Part shown: piece after piece, positions 56,520 to 64,000 of the stretch
Layout: every line of letters begins with the position of its first letter
How positions within the stretch are numbered: the first letter of the stretch is position 1
Source: Candidatus Multivoradales bacterium
Lineage (GTDB): Bacteria; Acidobacteriota; Thermoanaerobaculia; Multivoradales; J023
Direction of reading: 5' to 3'
Assembly (NCBI GenBank): GCA_965248925.1
Contig: CBDFLE010000006.1
Span: 4,384,001 to 4,448,000, forward strand
Length of the DNA: 64,000 nt
Made by a program: the position numbers and the translations under genes
Notes under the pieces: model-generated
Seen by the model: the letters and a program-made list of their open reading frames with translations, nothing else
Database searches by the model: none
What the model was told of the DNA's origin: nothing

Positions 56520-57872
56520 TCAAGCCGGTTCCGCAGGCTTGGACCTGGCCGACTGCGTGGGATTGTTTCTCACCTCTGTTGCCGCTATTGGCCGCAGCTC
56601 GGGTGCGGTGACCTGACGAATGTCGGTCGGCGACGGAAGCGGCGGCTTGATTTCCTGGTCGGCGGTGGCATGCAGTGCCTTGAGATCGCGGGCCGCCGGC
56701 AGGACCCGGCGTTCCAAGGAACCGATCGCTTCGTTGTAGGCCGAGCTGGCTCGGCCCAGATGGGTGCCGATGCGCTCGAAGTGTTCGACGAATTTAGCCA
56801 GCCGGCGGTGCAGCTCTTTGCCGGTGAGTGAGATTTGATGGGCGTTCTCGGCGATGCTGTCCTGTTGCCAACCATAGGCGACGGACCGCAGCAGGGCGAC
56901 CAGCAGGGTCGGGGTGGCGATCAGCACATGGTTTTGCATCGCTTGGGCGTGCAGGTCGGGCTTGGTCTCGAGTGCCGCTACCAACGCCGATTCGAGGGGC
57001 ATGAACATCACCACCAGCTGTGGCGTGTGTTGCTCGGCAAATTGATCCCAATAGCGCTTCGAGGCTAGTGATTTGTAGTGCTGCTGCACCTGGGCGGCAT
57101 GGCGCTGGCGGGTATCTTGGAAGTCGGCGTCGGGCTCGAGACTGTCGAGGTAGGCGTCCAGAGCGACTTTCGAGTCGACCACGATAACCGCGCCGCCGGG
57201 CATTCTCACGGTCATGTCGGGGTGGTTGCGATTGCTAGGGTCGTCGGTGGGTGGTTGCAATTCGAAGTCGCAATGCTCGGTCATGCCGGCCAGTTCGACG
57301 ACGTTGCGCAGCTGTAGCTCACCCCAGCGGCCGCGCTGCTCGGGGCGGCGCAGGGCGGTGGTCAGGCGGCGGGTCTCGCGATGCAGAGACTGGTGTGAGC
57401 TGGCGATGCCCTTGATCTGCTCTTCGAGCCCGCGGTAGGCCACTTGGCGGCTACTTTCGAGTTCACCGAGAGCTTGGTTTTGGCGTTGCAAGAGCTCCTT
57501 CAGCGGTTTGACCAAGGCGTCGATCTCGACCCTCTTCTGTTCGGCGGTACCGGTGGCTTGGCCGAGCAGCTTGTCGAAGGTTTGACTGGCGAGTTCCATG
57601 AATTGGGCGTTGTTGGCCCGCAGTGCTCTGCCGCCGACAGCGGCGAAGGTGTCGCCGAGGCGGCTTTCGGCTTCGCTCAGCAGTGCCCGCTGCTCCTCGA
57701 GCTGCTCAAGCCGAAGGTGATGTTCCCTATCCAGTATCGCCAGCCGGGATTCCAGAGCGTGTTGCCGCCCGAGCGCCCACAGCGCCACGGCGAAGCCCGC
57801 CACCAGCGCGGAAGCAACGAGGACGAGCAGGGCTAGCCAAGGCTCTACGGACAGTTGGGAGGAGGCTTCCAT
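56520..57872 (-). CDS. rmuC: DNA recombination protein RmuC
   Basis: N-terminal TM, coiled coil, RGRWGELQL, PD, VDSKV, YW.QF, ATPTLL.ALL. Confidence 0.93.
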   Translation of the reverse strand: MEASSQLSVEPWLALLVLVASALVAGFAVALWALGRQHALESRLAILDREHHLRLEQLEEQRALLSEAESRLGDTFAAVGGRALRANNAQFMELASQTFDKLLGQATGTAEQKRVEIDALVKPLKELLQRQNQALGELESSRQVAYRGLEEQIKGIASSHQSLHRETRRLTTALRRPEQRGRWGELQLRNVVELAGMTEHCDFELQPPTDDPSNRNHPDMTVRMPGGAVIVVDSKVALDAYLDSLEPDADFQDTRQRHAAQVQQHYKSLASKRYWDQFAEQHTPQLVVMFMPLESALVAALETKPDLHAQAMQNHVLIATPTLLVALLRSVAYGWQQDSIAENAHQISLTGKELHRRLAKFVEHFERIGTHLGRASSAYNEAIGSLERRVLPAARDLKALHATADQEIKPPLPSPTDIRQVTAPELRPIAATEVRNNPTQSARSKPAEPA

Positions 57873-57911
57873 CAGTCTGGATCATATCCAGATCCACCAG
57901 GTCGATTTCGC

Positions 57912-58610
57912 TTATGGTGCCCAGTAGACCTCTAGTCGGTCATCGGCGTAGGCCAGCAGCGCGGCGATCGGTAGCTCTTGCTGGCCGGCCAGGCCGGCGC
58001 GCTGGCCGCGCTTCAGCACGGCCAGCTTGCCCTCGCCGGTTATGTGCAGATAGATCCGTCGGCTCGCGAGCAGGGTCGCCAGAGTGAGGCTGAGGCGGCT
58101 GTGCTCGGCATCGGCCGGCCTGACGGCGGTCACCAAGCCGCTACCGTCGTCACCCAGGGTGGGTTGCAGGCCGCCGGCACCTGGAAAGAGGGAGGCAAAG
58201 TGCCCGTCATGACCCATGCCCAGGACGACTACGTCGAAGGGCCGAGGCAGACGAGCGATCTCTATCTCGCCAGCAGTTCGCCCCGCCTGGGCGCTGGCGG
58301 CGCTGTTCTTGAGCGGCACAAAAGTGGCTTGCCGAGCTTGGTTGCGGAGCAAATGGTGCCGCACCAGATGCTCGTTGGAGGCTTCCGTGGTGGGTTCGAC
58401 CCAGCGCTCATCAGCCAGTGTCACCAGTATCTTGTCCCAGCTGAGCAGCTGTCGGCTCAGCGCCTCGAACATCGGCTTGGGGGTCGATCCACCGCTGAGA
58501 ATCAAGGTGGCGGGCAGGGGGTCGCGCAGAGCCGCTCGTAGGTCTGCCGCGACCCTCAGGGCTAGGGCCAGTGCGAGTTCCTGCCGGTCGGGAAATTCCA
58601 GGGTCTTCAG
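57912..58610 (-). CDS. pgl: 6-phosphogluconolactonase; probable CTG start
   Basis: LSGGSTP, DERWV, SN, LGMG.DGHFASLFP; frame open to CTG at 58610 overlapping zwf TGA with GGAGG 6 nt upstream. Confidence 0.9.
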   Translation of the reverse strand: MKTLEFPDRQELALALALRVAADLRAALRDPLPATLILSGGSTPKPMFEALSRQLLSWDKILVTLADERWVEPTTEASNEHLVRHHLLRNQARQATFVPLKNSAASAQAGRTAGEIEIARLPRPFDVVVLGMGHDGHFASLFPGAGGLQPTLGDDGSGLVTAVRPADAEHSRLSLTLATLLASRRIYLHITGEGKLAVLKRGQRAGLAGQQELPIAALLAYADDRLEVYWAP

Positions 58611-60088
58611 AAGTAGCCTCCGAGGATGTTCTCGTACCAGTCGTGGTGGTCGTGGCTGAACAGTTTCATCGATCTACTTGGCCCCCAACTTCCCGCCGGG
58701 TAGGGGATCGGCAAATCATCGCGTTCTCGCCAGCCCGCCAAAATCGGCTCACACCAGCGCCAGGCTTCCTCGACTTCTTCACGGTGCATGAACAGCGCCG
58801 GGTTGCCGCGGATAATGTCCATCAACAACCTCTCGTAGGCTCCTGGAGTGCGGCCGGCGAATTCTTCTTTCAAATCGAGGTCGAGATGAACTCGCTTGAG
58901 ATCCATGCCGGAGCCCGGGGTCTTCATCATTACTGCCAGTTTGATGGTCTCGTCAGGTTGCAAGCGGATCACTAGGCGGTTGTCATGCTCGATGTTGCCA
59001 AGACCGTCGAACATCAGGTGCGGCACCCGCTTGAACTGGATGACGATTTCCGACAGACGATGGACCATCCGCTTGCCGGTGCGCAGGTAGAAGGGCACCC
59101 CGGCCCAGCGCCAATTGTCGATTTCAGCTTGCAGGGCAAGGTAGGTCTCGGTTTTGGAGTCGGCCGGCACCTTGGGCTCTTCGCTGTAGGCAACCACCGC
59201 CTCGCCAGCACTGGCGCCGCGGCGGTATTGGCCGCGCACCGTCTTGCGGGCGACATCGTCACCGGCAATCGGTCGCAGGGCACGCAGGACTTTGATTTTC
59301 TCGGCCCGCAGAGCGTCCGGGGTCAAGCGGGTGGGGGGCTCCATGGCCACCAAGCAGAGCAACTGTAAGATGTGGTTCTGCACCATGTCGCGTAGCGCCC
59401 CGGCCCGGTCGTAGTAGCCACCCCGGCCCTCGACGCCGACCTGTTCGGCCACCGTGATCTGCACATGATCGATGTGCTCGGCTCGCCACAGAGGCTCGAA
59501 GAGGGCGTTGCCGAAGCGCAGTGCCATTAGATTCTGCACTGTTTCCTTGCCCAGATAGTGGTCGATACGGAAAATCTGCTCCTCGCTGAAGAACTCGCCG
59601 ACCCCACGGTTGATATCTTGAGCGGATGCCAAATCGTGACCGATCGGTTTTTCCAGCACGATACGTGACCGCGAGTCGAGCAAGCCAGCCTGGGCCAGGG
59701 CACGGCTGATCGCAATATAAAGCCGCGGCGGTGTCGCTAGGTAGAACATCCGTTCCCGGCCCTCCTCCGCCGCCAAGAGTTCAGCTAGCGGGCCAAAGGA
59801 CGCCGCGTCGGTGGCGTCGAGGCTGATGTACTCAAGGCGCTCGGTGAATGCATTCCAGGACCGATCGGTGATTTCTCCGGGGTCGATATGCTGCCGGCTG
59901 TCGGCGGCGAAGTCGTCGAGGAAGCGTTGCCGGTCGAGCCGCGGCCGAGCCGCGGCGAGGATCCGGCCAGGGCTGGGCAGTGCCTCCAACTGGTGCAGGT
60001 AGTAGAGCGCAGGCAACAATTTGCGGCGAGTCAAGTCGCCGGTGCCGCCGATCACCACCATGTCGAAAGGTTTGGCGTCGTCTTTCAT
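58607..60088 (-). CDS. zwf: Glucose-6-phosphate 1-dehydrogenase
   Basis: GGTGDL, EKPIG, RIDHYLGKE, RDMVQNH, NWRWAGVPFYLRTGKR. Confidence 0.97.
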   Translation of the reverse strand: MKDDAKPFDMVVIGGTGDLTRRKLLPALYYLHQLEALPSPGRILAAARPRLDRQRFLDDFAADSRQHIDPGEITDRSWNAFTERLEYISLDATDAASFGPLAELLAAEEGRERMFYLATPPRLYIAISRALAQAGLLDSRSRIVLEKPIGHDLASAQDINRGVGEFFSEEQIFRIDHYLGKETVQNLMALRFGNALFEPLWRAEHIDHVQITVAEQVGVEGRGGYYDRAGALRDMVQNHILQLLCLVAMEPPTRLTPDALRAEKIKVLRALRPIAGDDVARKTVRGQYRRGASAGEAVVAYSEEPKVPADSKTETYLALQAEIDNWRWAGVPFYLRTGKRMVHRLSEIVIQFKRVPHLMFDGLGNIEHDNRLVIRLQPDETIKLAVMMKTPGSGMDLKRVHLDLDLKEEFAGRTPGAYERLLMDIIRGNPALFMHREEVEEAWRWCEPILAGWRERDDLPIPYPAGSWGPSRSMKLFSHDHHDWYENILGGYF

Positions 60089-60699
60089 CGGCTGACTCCT
60101 TTAGCCAGTTCGGTGATGGCGGCGAAGGAACCGGCCGCGACCAACTTTCGTGGTGCCACCCAAGAGCCGCCGACGCATGCCACGTTGTCGAGCGCCAGAT
60201 AGTCGCGGTAGGTGGCCGCGGTGATACCTCCTGTAGGGCAGAAGACCAGCCCGTGCAAGGGGCCGGCAAAGCTGGCCAACAGCTCGACCCCGCCGGCGGC
60301 GGCAGCCGGAAATAGCTTCAGAGTACGCAGCCCTCGTTGCTGGGCGGCGAGCGCTTCGCTGGGGGTCATGACGCCGGGCAAGAAGGGCAGAGCAGTGGCC
60401 TCGGCGGCGCTGGCGAGTTCGTCGGTCAAGCCGGGGCTGACCAGGAATTGAGCTCCGGCTTGGGCGGCGCGCTGGGCCGCCTCGGCATCGTTGACCGTGC
60501 CGGCGCCGATCACCACCTGGGGAACTTCTGTGGCAATGCTGTGGATGGCGTCGAGCGCCGCTGGAGTGCGTAGGGTGATTTCGAGCACCCGCAGGCCACC
60601 CGCGAGCAGCGCCCGCGCCAGGGGTGCGGCGCTAGCCACCGTGTCGAGAGTGAGTACCGGAATCACCGGCGCGAGGTGCAGAATCTGTTCGATCTTCAT
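60085..60699 (-). CDS. eda: KDPG/KHG aldolase
   Basis: EITLRT, GAGTV, FLVSPG, LKLFPA, FCPTGGI, CVGGSW. Confidence 0.96.
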   Translation of the reverse strand: MKIEQILHLAPVIPVLTLDTVASAAPLARALLAGGLRVLEITLRTPAALDAIHSIATEVPQVVIGAGTVNDAEAAQRAAQAGAQFLVSPGLTDELASAAEATALPFLPGVMTPSEALAAQQRGLRTLKLFPAAAAGGVELLASFAGPLHGLVFCPTGGITAATYRDYLALDNVACVGGSWVAPRKLVAAGSFAAITELAKGVSR

Positions 60700-60860
60700 C
60701 TTCGGAGAGCCGCCCTTGAAATAGACCGCCGCGGCGGCCGCTGGTAGAGGTGGGCGAGCTTAGCCCGTTGGGCGGCGGCCGTCGAGCCTGCTGGGTCGGG
60801 GGATGAATCACTGGATAGACCGCTGCATAGACCGGGCCGATCGTCAGTTACCATAGCTCC

Positions 60861-62675
60861 ATGGCAGCCATCCATCCGACCCTTACCAAGGTTACCGAAG
60901 GTCTACGTCGACGCAGCGCCGAGCGCCGGCAGAGCTACCTTGAGAAGATTCGCCGCGCCGCGACTCAGGGACCTCGACGCGGGCAAATGGCGTGTTCGAA
61001 TCTTGCTCATGGCTTTGCCGCTTGCAGCGCGGAGGACAAAGCTGCCTTGGCTGGCGGTCGGCTGCCAAATATCGCCATTGTGTCGGCTTACAACGACATG
61101 CTCTCGGCGCATCAGCCACTGGCGACTTTCCCCCGGCAGATCAAAGAGGCGGTACGCCAGGCCGGTGGGGTGGCGCAGGTGGCGGGTGGCGTGCCGGCGA
61201 TGTGCGATGGTGTCACCCAGGGTCGCGCCGGCATGGAGTTGTCGTTACTCAGCCGCGATGTGATCGCCATGTCGACGGCGGTGGCGCTGGCCCACGACAT
61301 GTTCGAGGGTGCTATCTGCCTCGGGGTTTGCGACAAGATCGTTCCAGGTCTGTTGATCGGCGCGCTGTCGTTCGGCCATCTGCCAGTGATTTTCATGCCG
61401 GCCGGGCCGATGCCCTCGGGCCTGCCCAATCCACAGAAGCAAGAGAGCCGGCAGCGATACGCCGCTGGTGAGGTGAGCCGTGGTGAGCTGCTAGAGGCCG
61501 AGTCGGCGGCCTATCACGCACCTGGTACTTGTACTTTCTACGGCACCGCCAATAGCAATCAAATGCTTATGGAGATTCTCGGTCTGCATTTGCCGGGAGC
61601 GTCGTTCGCCCAGCCACACAGTGCGTTGCGCCATCGCCTCACCGAGGCGGCGGCACGGCGAATCACCGAGCTGGCGGCCGCCGAGGTGCCGCTGCGGCTC
61701 GGCGAGATGATCGATGAGCGAGCGATCATCAATGCGGTCGTCGGCCTGCTGGCCACTGGTGGCTCGACCAACCACACGCTGCATTTGGTGGCGATCGCCG
61801 CCGCTGCCGGCATAGTGCTCAACTGGGATGACTTCGATCAGCTGTCGGCGGTGGTTCCGCTGCTCGCTCGGGTCTACCCCAACGGACCGGCCGACGTGAA
61901 CCACTTTCATGCGGCGGGGGGGTTGGCGGTGGTGATCTCTGAGCTGCTCGATGCCGGGCTGTTGCATGGCGACGTCGGCACGGTGGCCGTGGGCGGCGGT
62001 TTGCAGCCCTATCGGCGCGAAGCGCGGCTCGATGCTGGCGAACTCTGCTGGGTTGAGCACCAGGGGAGTCGCGATGCTGGGATCGTCGGCTCGATGGCGG
62101 CGCCGTTTCGACCGAGCGGCGGCTTGCGGCTGCTGGTCGGCAACCTGGGCCGAGCGGTGGTCAAGACCTCCGCGGTAGCCGCGGGATTTCAGCAGCTCGA
62201 AGCTCCGGTGATGATTTTTGAGCGACCGGAAGATCTCGAACTTGCCTTTGCCGCTGGCAAGCTCGATCGCGATTTGGTGGCGGTGGTCAGATTCCAGGGC
62301 CCGCGGGCTAACGGCATGCCCGAGCTGCACAAGCTGATGCCGGCGCTCGGGGTGCTGCAAGATCGGGGTCATCGGGTAGCGCTGGTCACCGATGGTCGGC
62401 TTTCGGGAGCTTCGGGCAAAGTCCTTTCGGCAATCCACGTCACTCCCGAAGCGCTCGGTGGCGGGCCACTGGCGCGGCTGCGCGATGGTGATCTGCTGCG
62501 CATCGATGCCGGCAGTGGTGAACTGCAAGTCCTGGTCGCGGAAGAGGTGTGGAGTCAGCGGCGGCCGGCGGAGCAGCCAGAAGCTGTCTCGGAAGGCAGT
62601 GGGCGTGAACTCTTCAACAGCTTGCGGGCGGCTGCGAACGGCGCCGAGCAGGGAGCGACGACTTTTGGCGCCTAA
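60861..62675 (+). CDS. edd: Phosphogluconate dehydratase
   Basis: [56 protein letters not shown]. Confidence 0.97.
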   Translation: MAAIHPTLTKVTEGLRRRSAERRQSYLEKIRRAATQGPRRGQMACSNLAHGFAACSAEDKAALAGGRLPNIAIVSAYNDMLSAHQPLATFPRQIKEAVRQAGGVAQVAGGVPAMCDGVTQGRAGMELSLLSRDVIAMSTAVALAHDMFEGAICLGVCDKIVPGLLIGALSFGHLPVIFMPAGPMPSGLPNPQKQESRQRYAAGEVSRGELLEAESAAYHAPGTCTFYGTANSNQMLMEILGLHLPGASFAQPHSALRHRLTEAAARRITELAAAEVPLRLGEMIDERAIINAVVGLLATGGSTNHTLHLVAIAAAAGIVLNWDDFDQLSAVVPLLARVYPNGPADVNHFHAAGGLAVVISELLDAGLLHGDVGTVAVGGGLQPYRREARLDAGELCWVEHQGSRDAGIVGSMAAPFRPSGGLRLLVGNLGRAVVKTSAVAAGFQQLEAPVMIFERPEDLELAFAAGKLDRDLVAVVRFQGPRANGMPELHKLMPALGVLQDRGHRVALVTDGRLSGASGKVLSAIHVTPEALGGGPLARLRDGDLLRIDAGSGELQVLVAEEVWSQRRPAEQPEAVSEGSGRELFNSLRAAANGAEQGATTFGA

Positions 62676-62733
62676 CTTGAGCTGTAGAGGGTCCCTCGCC
62701 GAAGACTGCGGCGGGCTCGATGAGACTCGTAGA

Positions 62734-64000
62734 TCACTGACCCATGGGTAGCCGGCTGCAGAGTTCGGCTAGACGGCGCAGGCGCCTGGCGAGGGCCAGG
62801 GTGAGCTGTCCGCTGTCGAGTCGCCACCGCCAGTTGCCGGTGGCCGAGCCGGGGGTGTTCATCCGTGCCGCCGGGCCCAGGCCGAGCAGGTCTTGCGCGG
62901 GGATGATGGCGGTTTGGGCGGCCGAGGCGTAGGCTAGATGGATCAGCCGCCAGTGAATCGGAGGGCGCTTGCCGTTGCTGTATTCGCCAGTATCGTATTC
63001 GCTGCCGTAGTCATCCACCCGCTGGCGTTGGGCGGCCTCCAACTGTGCATACCAGTCGACCGTGGTGGGGTTGTCGTGGGTACCGCTGTAGACCACGCAA
63101 TCACCACTCTGCTGGTGCGGGGCGTGGGGGCTCGCCGGGTCGTCGAAGCCGAATTGCAGCACCCGCATGCCGGGAAATCCCAGCGCTTGGCGCAGCTGCT
63201 CGACATCTGCGGTAATTTCCCCCAGATCTTCAGCTACCAAGGGGAGCTCGCCAAGCTCAGCCGCGATGGCTGAGAAGAGCTCTTCACCCGGTCCCGGACG
63301 CCAGCTGCCGGCGATGGCGGTGGGCTCGCCCATGGGCACACTCCAGAAGCCGGCGAAAGCGCGGAAGTGGTCGAGGCGTAGCAGATCGGCTAGGCGCAGG
63401 TTGGCGGCCAAGCGGTCGATCCACCAGCGGTGGCCCTCCTTGGCCAGCTGTTGCCAGCGGTAGATCGGAAAGCCCCACAGCTGCCCGGTGGCGCTGAAAT
63501 AATCTGGCGGCACGCCGGCCTGGGACAATTGCCGGCCCTGGTCGTCGAGTTCGAAGAGCCGGCGGTGGGTCCACACGTCGGCGCTGCTTGCCGGGACATA
63601 AATCGGCAGGTCTCCGAAAATACGCACCCCACGCTCAGCAGCGTGCCGGTGAAGCTGGTGCCACTGGCGGAAGAACAGCAGCTGGACAAAGGCATGGTAG
63701 CGGCGGCGACTCTTGAGCCCAGCGGCGGCGATATCGAGGGCGGCCGACCGACGTTGCGCCAGGTCGGTGGGCCACCGCCACCAGGGGACCGAGGCGTACC
63801 GCTGGCGCAGAGCGCAGAACAAAGTCCAGTCTTCCAGCCAGGGGCGCTGTTGCTCAGCGGTGGCGAATTGGTCGAGCTGGCGATCCCAGGCGGGGTCCTT
63901 CAGCACTCGCTGCCAGGCGCGGCGCAAGAGATCCTCTTTCCATCGCCCAGCGAGTTCAAAGTCCACCCGTCCTGGGCTTCTCGCTGGTGCGCCCTGCAGG
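62734..64000 (-). CDS. malQ: 4-alpha-glucanotransferase (GH77), 5' end beyond window
   Basis: GDLPIYV, GVPPDYFS.TGQLWG, RLDHFR, AEDLG, GTHDN, RMNTPG...GNW.WR. Confidence 0.95.
   Translation of the reverse strand, partial: LQGAPARSPGRVDFELAGRWKEDLLRRAWQRVLKDPAWDRQLDQFATAEQQRPWLEDWTLFCALRQRYASVPWWRWPTDLAQRRSAALDIAAAGLKSRRRYHAFVQLLFFRQWHQLHRHAAERGVRIFGDLPIYVPASSADVWTHRRLFELDDQGRQLSQAGVPPDYFSATGQLWGFPIYRWQQLAKEGHRWWIDRLAANLRLADLLRLDHFRAFAGFWSVPMGEPTAIAGSWRPGPGEELFSAIAAELGELPLVAEDLGEITADVEQLRQALGFPGMRVLQFGFDDPASPHAPHQQSGDCVVYSGTHDNPTTVDWYAQLEAAQRQRVDDYGSEYDTGEYSNGKRPPIHWRLIHLAYASAAQTAIIPAQDLLGLGPAARMNTPGSATGNWRWRLDSGQLTLALARRLRRLAELCSRLPMGQ

Overview
High-GC bacterial chromosomal window, most consistent with Acidobacteriota of class Thermoanaerobaculia. 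This is an inference from two acidobacterial-type VWA proteins and lineage-typical secreted domains. It holds about 55 genes, mostly housekeeping and envelope: icd, sucCD, ndk, mdh, an Entner-Doudoroff cluster (eda-zwf-pgl / edd), malQ, alr, rsgA, rmuC, cdd, a ChvI/ChvG-like two-component system, peptidases, two VapBC-type toxin-antitoxin pairs and a MacB-type permease with three adaptor proteins. I found no rRNA, tRNA, CRISPR array, transposase or phage genes. The most unusual signals are: (1) a solitary Rad50/Lamassu-LmuB-like SMC ATPase with no nuclease or effector partner; (2) an S51 peptidase homologue lacking all three catalytic residues, between sucD and ndk; (3) three candidate minus-strand small RNAs, two behind recognisable ECF or sigma-54 promoters; (4) a Cys-bracketed C-terminal domain on a secreted SGNH hydrolase that may be a lineage-specific sorting or anchoring module; (5) a degenerate 15-bp tandem array and TetR-like operator ahead of a lone HMG-CoA synthase; (6) a probable CUG start for pgl and several apparently leaderless genes; (7) a DUF885 gene broken by a large internal deletion. 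All calls come from reading the sequence by eye; no database search was run.
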